DNA of 64,000 nucleotides from Acidobacteriota bacterium. GTDB lineage: Bacteria; Acidobacteriota; CAIWXX01. The notes under the pieces are model-generated. The model made no database searches and was not told the DNA's origin. It saw only the letters and a program-made list of their open reading frames with translations. Location of the stretch: the NCBI GenBank assembly GCA_040755995.1, contig JBFMAF010000023.1:96001-160000 (forward strand), given 5' to 3'. Positions within the stretch are counted from its first letter, which is position 1, and every line of letters begins with the position of its first letter. Positions 21,041 to 28,765 of the stretch are shown here, piece after piece. A program made the position numbers and the translations under genes.

Positions 21041-22675
21041 TCACGCGGCCCCGTGCGGGCGATTGCGCTGCCAGGGACGGTACCGCCAGAGGTCCCGCCC
21101 CAGCCATGCAGTGCCTAGGACTGCACCGCCCCCTGCAATCGCTGCGCCCCCAAGGACGAGGTCTGCCCATGATTCCGGTCGGGGAATTCCGAGCCGCGAG
21201 AGACCCCAGGCAGCGGAGAGCATCAGGCAGGGGACCGACACAAGCGAGAAAGCCGTACTCAGCATTCCGTTGCCCGGGGATAGCCAAGCAAGGCTTGGCG
21301 CTGCAGCAAAGGGCAAAGCAACTAACAGCTCCCCGGCGATCGCCGCAGCGAGCACTCCCTGGATGCCCCACGTAGGCGCGAGAAGAACGCTTAGAATCAC
21401 CGTGACCAGGCCCGCGGCGAGGAGGATCGCGCCCCTTCGCTGGAACTGGAATCGTACTTCCAAGAGGACTGTGAACCCGAAGAGCCAGATGGCCCCTGCC
21501 GTCAAGGTCGCGACAAGCAGGTTGGCCTTCTCTCCGGCGTAATATTCCGCACCCACCCAGCGCGTGACGAAAGGACCGTTCAGGTACCACGTGCCGACGA
21601 AAGCCACCGCCGAGGTCATTCCCATGACCCGAAGGAGGAGTCTCGCCACGGCCTTGGAGCGCTCGTCTGCGCCGCGGTGGACGAGTTGCGTCAGCCCAGG
21701 TCGAAGCTGTACCGCAATCTGGCTTGCCTGCCCGCGCAGCAGGGTAGGGACTGCCACGAGCAACGAGAACTGATTGACCGCCGACATCCCCATTCCCGGA
21801 ATCATTCCCAGGATCACCCGCGAGCTTTGGAAACTCAACAGTGCGCCAACCGTCGCCATTGCCATCCAGCCGCTGAGGGATATCACCTCACCCATCGCCT
21901 GCCACTCGACCGGACCCCTGAGGAGGTCAAGGGTGATTCCGGCTCGCAGAGCCCGCCAGCGGAGCTGCAGGAAGAGGAAGGCCCCTGAGAAGATGGCCGC
22001 AGCAGCCAGCCCGTACAGCGACCACCCGAGTGCCACGAGCGAGACCCCGACGGCGGCGGAGAGAAACGCCGAGGCGGAGGCGTAAAGCGTGTTCTGACCG
22101 ATGAGTTGCCTACCCACAAGCAGACCGGAGAACACCCCGGACGACAGGTACAAGGCGAGCTCAACGCCGAAGGCCACAGTGCATACCTTCGCCATGAAGA
22201 GGGCATCACGAGGCAGGCCCTGGGCGAGGCGTTCGACAAACAGGGAAAGGCCGACTGAGAGGAGAAGCGCTAGGAGCGCGAGGACCTGCTGAGCCTGCCC
22301 CCCAGCGCGGGCCTTCCTCCGAACGGCCTGTCTCTGCTCCTCGGATGCCCCGGGCTGTAGCTCCTTCGCGACGATCGCCGCGACACTCGGGCCCAGGCCA
22401 AGCTGCATCAGCTGCAGGTAGTTCAGCGTTTCGCGAACGAACGAGTTGAAGCCCAGCAATTCGCGCCCCAATCGAGCCAAGTAGAACGGCGTGGCGAGCA
22501 GGCGAATAGCAGCATTGACCGCGAACTTTATGCAGTTCGCCCCAAGTCCCTCCACGACCCGGCGACTGCGACTCGCCGTCCTGCCTTCGGTTCCCCCGGC
22601 TCGCCCTGACATCCAGCCCTTTGACGGCTCGGCGGCTGTGGCTGCGAAGCCGGCGGCGGGGGTTGCTCTTCTCAT
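21041..22675 (-). CDS. Oligosaccharide flippase (Wzx/MOP family)
   Basis: Many TM segments; TPFYLARLG, QLGLG, RWVGAEY; start uncertain. Confidence 0.8.
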   Translation of the reverse strand: MRRATPAAGFAATAAEPSKGWMSGRAGGTEGRTASRSRRVVEGLGANCIKFAVNAAIRLLATPFYLARLGRELLGFNSFVRETLNYLQLMQLGLGPSVAAIVAKELQPGASEEQRQAVRRKARAGGQAQQVLALLALLLSVGLSLFVERLAQGLPRDALFMAKVCTVAFGVELALYLSSGVFSGLLVGRQLIGQNTLYASASAFLSAAVGVSLVALGWSLYGLAAAAIFSGAFLFLQLRWRALRAGITLDLLRGPVEWQAMGEVISLSGWMAMATVGALLSFQSSRVILGMIPGMGMSAVNQFSLLVAVPTLLRGQASQIAVQLRPGLTQLVHRGADERSKAVARLLLRVMGMTSAVAFVGTWYLNGPFVTRWVGAEYYAGEKANLLVATLTAGAIWLFGFTVLLEVRFQFQRRGAILLAAGLVTVILSVLLAPTWGIQGVLAAAIAGELLVALPFAAAPSLAWLSPGNGMLSTAFSLVSVPCLMLSAAWGLSRLGIPRPESWADLVLGGAAIAGGGAVLGTAWLGRDLWRYRPWQRNRPHGAA

Positions 22676-22767
22676 CGTCGCACGCCCGTTCTTGAATTGC
22701 TACCCGACGCAGGACGCCGCACACCGCTGGCACGATCTCCCGTCGCCGCTGCTTGAGAAAGCGACTG

Positions 22768-23772
22768 TCACCCTTTCTGAGCGCACTTCTGTCGTCCAAG
22801 CTCATGGTCGACGACCGTGCGGATGATCTCATCAAGCCCCAGAGTCGGCTTCCACCCCAACAGGGTGCCGATCCGTGAGATATCTGGCACCCGACGGGTC
22901 ATGTCCTCGAAACCGGGAGAATAGGCACGGTCATACGGGACAAACACTATTGGCGACTGGCTTCGCGCAATCCGTTTCACACGCTCAGCCAGCTCCGATA
23001 TGGTCACTTCCTCGGTGCTTCCGATATTGAACACCTGGGTTGGAATTGCTGGATGTTGTGCCAGGCCAGTGATCGCCTTCACGACGTCGTGAACGTGGCA
23101 GAAGCAGCGCGTCTGAGTTCCGTCGCCGTACACCGTGATCGGTTCGCCACGCAGGGCCTGTCGGACGAAGGTGGGCAGCACCATGCCGTACATCCCTGTC
23201 TGCCGGGGGCCCACCGTGTTGAACAGCCGGAAAGGGACGACTTCCAGTCCATGTTCGTTCCTGTAGGCCAGCCCCAGGAACTCGTCCACCATCTTGCTGG
23301 CCGCATACGACCAGCGGCTCCTGGATGTTGGACCGAGGAGGACATCGTCCTCCTCGCTGAAGGGAATGCTGCTTCCTTTCCCATATACCTCCGAACTGCT
23401 CGCAACAAGCACCCTGCAACCGTACCGAAGCGCTGTCTTGAGCACCGCCTCGGTCCCCATTATGTTGGTCTCGATCGTATGCACAGGCCGCTCTACTATC
23501 AGCCTTACCCCGACTGCAGCAGCGAGGTGGACAACGACATCCGCCCTGGACGCTAGGCGGTCCATCACGACGGCGTCCAGTATGTCGGCCCGGGCGAAAT
23601 GGAACTTGGGGTTGGGGCGAAGGTGAGCTATGTTCTCGAGTCGGCCCGTCGATAGGTCGTCGATTACCAACACCTCGTGCCCCTGCGCTAGCAGCGCCTC
23701 GGCGAGATGAGAGCCGATGAATCCGGCCCCGCCGGTGACCAAATATGTCCGGGAGCCTCCTGATTTCAGCAC
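22768..23772 (-). CDS. NAD-dependent nucleotide-sugar epimerase/dehydratase
   Basis: VTGGAGFIGSHL, SSSEVYG, YAASK, FNTVGPRQ. Confidence 0.92.
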   Translation of the reverse strand: MLKSGGSRTYLVTGGAGFIGSHLAEALLAQGHEVLVIDDLSTGRLENIAHLRPNPKFHFARADILDAVVMDRLASRADVVVHLAAAVGVRLIVERPVHTIETNIMGTEAVLKTALRYGCRVLVASSSEVYGKGSSIPFSEEDDVLLGPTSRSRWSYAASKMVDEFLGLAYRNEHGLEVVPFRLFNTVGPRQTGMYGMVLPTFVRQALRGEPITVYGDGTQTRCFCHVHDVVKAITGLAQHPAIPTQVFNIGSTEEVTISELAERVKRIARSQSPIVFVPYDRAYSPGFEDMTRRVPDISRIGTLLGWKPTLGLDEIIRTVVDHELGRQKCAQKG

Positions 23773-23795
23773 GTATACCGTCCGATCATGATTCC

Positions 23796-24239
23796 TCAGA
23801 CGAGGGTCCGGTTGCGGCCCGTCTTCCGCTGAGTTCCTTCGGGCGCATAGGAGATCAAGCGATGGCTCACAAGGGGCTTCTCGCAGATCGCATCGGTCCC
23901 GTTCCGTAGCGCCAGGCGGATGTGCGCGTCATGCAGGTAGTTGGGAGAACAGACCGAAACCCAATGCACACGCTTCTCCTCCGGCCCGCGCCGCAGCTTG
24001 TCCAGGTGACGGTCGAATCGCTCGATCTCCGGAAAGAATCGCACGTCGAACGAGAAGCGGTCCAGCACACCCACGGCGTCATGCGGATCGGCGGCCGCCA
24101 CGAGGCGGTTGCCGGTGTCAGCGATCGCCTTCATGTGGCGTGAAGCCACGTAGCCGGCTGCGCCGATCAGTGCGAAATTCAGTGCCAATGCGGAGCCCTC
24201 GGCGATGTTGCTGGGAATGGAGACCGCCGCACGCCGCAT
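23796..24239 (-). pseudogene. Truncated WbpB/WlbA-type Gfo/Idh/MocA oxidoreductase fused at the 5' end to a four-helix-bundle fragment
   Basis: NFALIGAAGYVASRH...CSPNYLHDAH...CEKPLV followed by unrelated sequence (only the Rossmann part remains); first codons MRRAAVSIPSNIAEG are the four-helix-bundle signature. Confidence 0.8.
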
Positions 24240-24241
24240 CG

Positions 24242-24345
24242 GACCGAAGACGAAAGACGGTAGACGGAAGACGACAGAGGGAAGACGGAAGACGGACGGG
24301 GCAGCTCGCAGAGCAAGCTGTCAGACTGCCCACTCTTCTGTCGTC
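24242..24345. repeat. Heptamer-arm hairpin repeat A
   Basis: GACCGAA GACGAAA GACGGTA GACGGAA GACGACA GAGGGAA GACGGAA, then a spacer and a short reverse arm. Confidence 0.8.
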
Positions 24346-24636
24346 TCACGCACGGTAGATCCGCTGCAGCTCTTCGAGCGAGCCCACTGTCTTCAGGCTT
24401 GCCTGGATGGCCCTCAGTACATGCACATCCGAGATCTTGCAGATCTCGGGAAAGAGCCTCAGACCCTCTGCGCCGAACCGCAGCTGTAACCCGATCTCGA
24501 TGCCCGCAAGCAGCCCCTCGCGTAGGCCCTGCTCCACGCCCTGCTGGAGACCCTGCTGCATCCCCTGCTGCATGCCCTGCTGGAGGCCCTCCGCTCGGCC
24601 CTCCTCGATCCATTCCTCTGCGATCGTTTTCGACAT
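24346..24636 (-). CDS. Putative intragenic small protein (RpnS-like, 96 aa), in frame within Rpn
   Basis: GGAGGGAGCGGAG immediately before in-frame ATG (Met244, MSKTIAEEW...). Confidence 0.6.
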   Translation of the reverse strand: MSKTIAEEWIEEGRAEGLQQGMQQGMQQGLQQGVEQGLREGLLAGIEIGLQLRFGAEGLRLFPEICKISDVHVLRAIQASLKTVGSLEELQRIYRA

Positions 24637-25365
24637 CTCCGCTCCCTCCGGCCACGACGCGGCCTCGACCACGCTCCTCAGATCCTCTCGAGTGATCTTG
24701 TCGGTGGCCTGTGACAAGTATCGCAGGATCGTTGCCAGTTTTTCAAGTCCGGTCCTCTCCTTCGAAAGCTGGCGTGCAAGGGACATGATGTCCGGCAGCT
24801 TGTCTCTCAGGTCATCTCGGTGCATATACTTCAGTACCAGCAACGCCAGAGCCAGCGTCGCTTGACGCTTGAGCAGCCCATCGTCGATGCCGGACAGGTC
24901 GCAGAGGCAGTACTGGTACTCGGGAACGAACCTCTTGAGCTCCTCCTGTGGCCGAATCAGGCCGTGCAGATTCGTCGCGACCTTCCACCTCGCCTCGCCG
25001 TGATAGAGGACTACAGGTACTATCGGCCAAACCCCCGTTCCCTGCTTGACCGAGTGTTCCCATATTTTCAACATGTACCGTAGCAACTGCAGGGCAACCA
25101 GCGGCTCGGGGTAGCTCTTGTGCTCGAAGAGAAGGTAGACAAAGACCCCCGAACCGTCCCTGAGGCTTGCCTTGTACAAAACGTCCGAGAAATGCTCGCG
25201 AAGCCCCTCGTCCACGAACGAATCCTTCTCCATCTCGAGCGACGATTCATCGATGATGTCAACGACATCGGCCGGCAAGTAGCCCGTGACGAAATCCCGA
25301 GCGTTCTCGGGACGGGAAAGAATCTCCTTGAAGAACCGATCGTGAGGGTTCGCTATTTCAGACAT
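24346..25365 (-). CDS. Rpn family recombination-promoting nuclease / YhgA-like putative transposase
   Basis: PHDRFFK, SDVLY, LLFEHKSYP, QLLRYM, PVVLYHG; EG/QQG repeat (12-bp DNA repeats at ~24527-24590) before the C-terminal tail. Confidence 0.93.
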   Translation of the reverse strand: MSEIANPHDRFFKEILSRPENARDFVTGYLPADVVDIIDESSLEMEKDSFVDEGLREHFSDVLYKASLRDGSGVFVYLLFEHKSYPEPLVALQLLRYMLKIWEHSVKQGTGVWPIVPVVLYHGEARWKVATNLHGLIRPQEELKRFVPEYQYCLCDLSGIDDGLLKRQATLALALLVLKYMHRDDLRDKLPDIMSLARQLSKERTGLEKLATILRYLSQATDKITREDLRSVVEAASWPEGAEMSKTIAEEWIEEGRAEGLQQGMQQGMQQGLQQGVEQGLREGLLAGIEIGLQLRFGAEGLRLFPEICKISDVHVLRAIQASLKTVGSLEELQRIYRA

Positions 25366-25387
25366 CGTTCCCGCATCCGTTCACAGG

Positions 25388-25450
25388 GACGGGAGACGTT
25401 AGACGAAACACGGGGACGGCGTCGGCGTCTCACGTCTACCCTCTCACGTC
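25388..25450. repeat. Heptamer-arm hairpin repeat B
   Basis: GACGGGA GACGTTA GACGAAA, loop, GTCTCAC GTCTACC CTCTCAC. Confidence 0.8.
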
Positions 25451-25775
25451 CTGCGTCGTTGAATCGATGCAATGAGCCCTGAAAGCAGGGCGAAGACTCC
25501 TTCGAGATCCGTGCTCAGGGACCCGAGAGTATCATCGGGGAAATAGGAAAGCTCGCGGGCGATTCTCGCCTGCGTCTCGAGCTCCATCACCGAACCGCGG
25601 GCGAGAGACGGAAAACGAGAGACGTAGGACGGAAGACGGAGACGGCCGCACGCCGCATCTGGCTTGCCATGCCATAGAGCTCCTCCTTGGTGAAACGTGC
25701 GGTCACTGTGTAGACCTGTCTCACCAGCGCCATCGCCCTTTGCCAGACCTCCAAGTCATAGTGCCTACCGCGCAC
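25444..25775 (-). pseudogene. Four-helix-bundle protein gene with its centre replaced by a heptamer array
   Basis: N-part HYDLEVWQRAM...ELYGMASQMRRAAVS; heptamers at 25607-25640; C-part in another frame, LARGSVMELETQARIARELSY...LLSGLIASI. Confidence 0.85.
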
Positions 25776-25792
25776 CTCTCTGACCTGTCTCC

Positions 25793-25890
25793 TCAGCGCC
25801 AGTTTTCAAGTCTCAGTGTATACCCCAGGGCTTGCAAGCGCTGATAGTGGTCCGTGTTGCCTGTAACCAGGGTCAGCCCGTTCGCAACGC
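25793..25890 (-). pseudogene. C-terminal fragment of a PIN/VapC toxin
   Basis: Hand translation: ANGLTLVTGNTDHYQRLQALGYTLRLENWR*, containing the LVTxN motif; N-terminal part absent. Confidence 0.7.
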
Positions 25891-26030
25891 CGTAGAGGCG
25901 CGGTCTCGCGACTCAGCATCGCCTCCTGTTCGACACCATCGATCAGATCCGGCTCCTCAGCGAAGAGTCCGAGCGGCGACTGCGGCCCAGTCCGCTGCTC
26001 GAGGAACACCTCTACCGCCTCAGCGACCAT
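25885..26030 (-). pseudogene. Antitoxin-like fragment fused out of frame to the PIN fragment
   Basis: EAVEVFLEQR...SPLGLFAEEPDLIDGV...AMLSRETAPLR lies directly upstream of the PIN remnant. Confidence 0.45.
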
Positions 26031-26098
26031 CTCGGCCTCGGAGCGGTGTTCCTGTCGCGCGGCTTGACAAAGCTTCTGATAGGGACGATCAGCAGCAT

Positions 26099-26286
26099 TC
26101 AGCGGTATAGCCGTTGCAGCTCATCGAGCGAGCTGACCGTCTTCAGGGCTTCTCGAATGACCTTCAGGACCTCCACATCCGAAATCCTGCTAATCTCTGG
26201 TACAAGCCTCAGCGCGTCCAAGCCAAACCGCAGCTGCAATCCAAGCTCGATAGCTGAGATGCGCCCCTGGTGAAGGCCTTCGGCAC
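26099..26286 (-). pseudogene. Orphan Rpn C-terminal tail 1
   Basis: RAEGLHQGRISAIELGLQLRFG...ISDVEVLKVIREALKTVSSLDELQRLYR* aligns by eye to the Rpn C-terminus; begins at hairpin E with no start codon of its own. Confidence 0.85.
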
Positions 26287-26363
26287 GGAAGACGCAAGAC
26301 CTAAGATGGGAAACGACGGCGCGTCTGACGTCTCTCGTCCAACGTCTTCCGTCTCTCGTTCTC
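26284..26363. repeat. Heptamer-arm hairpin repeat E
   Basis: CACGGAA GACGCAA GACCTAA GATGGGA, short loop, GTCTGAC GTCTCTC GTCCAAC GTCTTCC GTCTCTC. Confidence 0.85.
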
Positions 26364-26375
26364 ACGCAAGGCGCA

Positions 26376-26840
26376 TCACGCCGGAATGGAGACCGGCACG
26401 AGCGCGAGTCGCAGGCCCAGCGCCTCGGCAACCTCGCGCAACTTGGCCACGGAGAAATCCTTCTTCCCGGCCAGCACCTGCGACAAAAATGCCTCGCGAA
26501 TCCCGGTCGTCTTGCAGAAGTTGCATCGCGACCCGAATTTTTCCTCGATCCGGTCAACGATGTAGTCTCGATAGTCCGGCGGGGCAACCAAGCCCTGGGA
26601 TATGCCCAACCTCATCTCCAAATCCTGAGCAATCCGATAGAGAGGGTGTCTCATCCTCTCCTTCGGGGACGGGGACAGCATGGCATCCGCCAATTCCTTC
26701 TGCCACAGAACAGAGAATCGCCCCCACTCAACCCCCGACTCGAAGTACTGCATCAGGCGCCGCAGCGCCTGCCGCTGCGCACTTGTGAGCTGCATCAGAT
26801 CGAATTGCCTCCCCGTCAGTGTCTCATAACGGCGAATCAT
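26376..26840 (-). CDS. Protein with C-terminal XRE-type HTH (antitoxin-like)
   Basis: FCKTTGIREAFLSQVLAGKKDFSVAKLREVAEALG; GAGGGAGG SD before ATG 26840. Confidence 0.75.
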   Translation of the reverse strand: MIRRYETLTGRQFDLMQLTSAQRQALRRLMQYFESGVEWGRFSVLWQKELADAMLSPSPKERMRHPLYRIAQDLEMRLGISQGLVAPPDYRDYIVDRIEEKFGSRCNFCKTTGIREAFLSQVLAGKKDFSVAKLREVAEALGLRLALVPVSIPA

Positions 26841-26919
26841 ACGGGCCTCCCTCAAAGTACTCGGCCTCCCCGCGTATCACCACGCGAATACATTGCTGAA
26901 TAAATGTTAGGCATACTCG

Positions 26920-27075
26920 TCGGAGAATCAAGCGCAGCTCGTCCACATCCGAGATCTTGTATATCTCAGGCAGCAGCCTCACCCCGTCCGCACCAAAGCG
27001 CAGTTCCAATCGCAGCTCGATAGCTGAGAGCAGGCCCTGATGAAGGCCCTCAGCCCGGCCCTCGGCTCGGCCCGG
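26920..27075 (-). pseudogene. Orphan Rpn C-terminal tail 2 (3'-truncated)
   Basis: GRAEGRAEGLHQGLLSAIELRLELRFGADGVRLLPEIYKISDVDELRLIL; starts at hairpin F. Confidence 0.85.
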
Positions 27076-27214
27076 GATGGGAGATGAAAGACGGGAGACG
27101 AAAGACCAGAAGGCCGGGGCAAGCAGCAGCCCACCTCTCACGTCTCTCGTCTAACATCTCACGTCTAACGTCTTCCGTCTCCCGTCCTGGGGACACTCCG
27201 TCCTCGTCACGTTC
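27076..27214. repeat. Heptamer-arm hairpin repeat F with 24-bp loop and 28-bp terminal motif
   Basis: 5 forward heptamers, loop AGGCCGGGGCAAGCAGCAGCCCAC (27111-27134), 7 reverse heptamers, motif at 27187-27214. Confidence 0.9.
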
Positions 27215-27260
27215 CGAAAACCCGGAGCCGCGTCGCCGGTGGGGTCGGCCACAGAAGTAC

Positions 27261-27289
27261 ATGGTACGAGCATGTGAACCGAACGTCAA
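27261..27289 (-). promoter_or_regulatory. Sigma70-like promoter between hairpins F and G
   Basis: TTGACG-17bp-TACCAT on the minus strand. Confidence 0.5.
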
Positions 27290-27290
27290 T

Positions 27291-27380
27291 AACGGAAGAC
27301 GAGCGACGGGAGACGGGAAATGGCAGACGGAAGATGGGGAAGGGGGACGCGTCTTACGTCTAACGTCTCTCTTCTCTCGT
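27291..27380. repeat. Heptamer-arm hairpin repeat G
   Basis: 7 forward heptamers (AACGGAA GACGAGC GACGGGA ...), loop, GTCTTAC GTCTAAC GTCTCTC. Confidence 0.85.
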
Positions 27381-27381
27381 A

Positions 27382-27515
27382 TCACGTGCGGTAGATACGG
27401 CGCAGCTCGTCGAGCGGTCGGGCCGTCTTGACGCCTTCGTGGATCGCCTTGAGGACATCCACGCCGGAGATCTTCCCGATCTCGGGCATAATGCGCTGCA
27501 GCTCTCGGCCTTGCC
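27382..27515 (-). pseudogene. Orphan Rpn C-terminal tail 3 (5'-truncated)
   Basis: Hand translation: GRELQRIMPEIGKISGVDVLKAIHEGVKTARPLDELRRIYRT*. Confidence 0.8.
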
Positions 27516-27518
27516 GCG

Positions 27519-27737
27519 CTAGGCGGTGGCAATCAGCACGCGTTCTACCTCTTCGGGGAGCTCGATGAAAACGAAATGGTTCACCTGGTACAGATAGTCT
27601 TCGCCGTCCTCGTCGACTATGCGGACCAGATCATCCGGCTCCGCCCGTTCGTCGGGAATGACCTCGTATATCTTTCTTGGAATCAAGGAGGCTTTGTAGC
27701 CTCTGTTGTGAACGCAGATCGCGTATCGAGTTCTCAT
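27519..27737 (-). CDS. Small conserved hypothetical protein (72 aa)
   Basis: AICVHNRGYKASL...RKIYEV...IVDEDGEDYLY; GAGGGG SD; recognised from memory as one half of a common two-gene TA-like pair. Confidence 0.7.
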   Translation of the reverse strand: MRTRYAICVHNRGYKASLIPRKIYEVIPDERAEPDDLVRIVDEDGEDYLYQVNHFVFIELPEEVERVLIATA

Positions 27738-27787
27738 CTCAGCCCTCTATTCGAGATACAGTTTGATCTTCATGTCCCTTCGCCCGT

Positions 27788-27902
27788 CACGGAAGACAAA
27801 AGACGGGAGACGAAAGACGAAAGACGAGGGAGTAGCAGCGCGCGTCTTACGTCTACCATCTCACGTCTCTCGTCCCGGGCACACTCCGTCCCCGTCACGT
27901 TC
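27788..27902. repeat. Heptamer-arm hairpin repeat H with 28-bp terminal motif
   Basis: 6 forward and 4 reverse heptamers, then CCGGGCACACTCCGTCCCCGTCACGTTC at 27875-27902. Confidence 0.9.
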
Positions 27903-27979
27903 ATCCAATGTACCACACGTACGGGTCCTGTGCCGTCCGCCCGGCTTGATATACACATCACAATATGCATAATCGGCGT

Positions 27980-28249
27980 GTGAGATTCCATTGGCACGAG
28001 GACAAGCGAATGAGGATTCTTCAGCGGCATGGGCTCGACTTCGCCCAGGCCGAGCAGGTCTTCCAGGGCCCCACGTTCACCTTCGAGGATATCCGCAGGG
28101 ATTACGGAGAGCGCAGATGGGTGACGCTTGGACTTCTCGCTGCAGACGTCGTCGTGATCGTGCACACGGAATCCGAAGACGAAATCCGCATCATTTCGAT
28201 GCGAAAGGGTGAAAGACATGAAGAAAAGCTCTACTTCGAGAATCTCTGA
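27980..28249 (+). CDS. BrnT family toxin
   Basis: FHWHEDK...HGLDF...DYGERRWVTLG...IRIISMRK; GTG start shortly after TTGATA-16-CATAAT. Confidence 0.9.
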   Translation: MRFHWHEDKRMRILQRHGLDFAQAEQVFQGPTFTFEDIRRDYGERRWVTLGLLAADVVVIVHTESEDEIRIISMRKGERHEEKLYFENL

Positions 28250-28523
28250 TCTGCGCGACGAGTACCCGGTGGTCACCCCGGCGGACATGGATCGCGCCAA
28301 GTTTCGCATCGGACTCAGCCCGGTGCCGCGCAAGCAGCGGATCAACATGATGCTCGATAGCGGTATCATCGCCTACTTCAAGGCAAGAGCCGGCGGGCGC
28401 GGCTACCAGACGTTTATTAACGAGGCACTCAAGCGAACCATCGAGTCCGAATCCCTGGAGACCCTGTTGCGGCGCGTCATCAAAGAAGAGCTCGACCGCC
28501 AGGCCGCTCGCAAGGCCTCGTGA
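28218..28523 (+). CDS. BrnA family antitoxin
   Basis: KQRINMMLDSGIIAYFKARAGGRGYQTFINEALK; overlaps brnT. Confidence 0.9.
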   Translation: MKKSSTSRISDLRDEYPVVTPADMDRAKFRIGLSPVPRKQRINMMLDSGIIAYFKARAGGRGYQTFINEALKRTIESESLETLLRRVIKEELDRQAARKAS

Positions 28524-28616
28524 TCGGTCCCCCCGCCCGCGCCGGTCTCTTTGGCGGCAACATGTAGTGCTCACCCGGAACGCACGGGCCCGAGGTGTTA
28601 AAGTAGGGAATCATGG

Positions 28617-28709
28617 GACGTTAGACGGAAGACGAAAGACGGGAGACGAGAAGGCCGGGGCAAGCAGCAGCCCACGTCTCACCGCTAACGTCTTCCGTCT
28701 CTCATTCTC
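28617..28709. repeat. Heptamer-arm hairpin repeat I
   Basis: 5 forward heptamers, the same 24-bp loop as F (28652-28675), 4 reverse heptamers. Confidence 0.9.
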
Positions 28710-28765
28710 AGCCTGTCCAGACCGCACCGCAGCTCCAATCCGGGCTCGTCGCGCACAACCGCAGG

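Noticed and set aside
26099..27141. ORF-track entries 26099-26587 and 26824-27141 as real full-length proteins
   Set aside because: Their N-termini are translated repeat DNA or alternate frames; only the Rpn-tail portions look genuine
24346..27515. Diversity-generating retroelement (Rpn tails as TR/VR, four-helix bundle as Avd)
   Set aside because: No reverse transcriptase in the window, and tail differences do not appear confined to adenines
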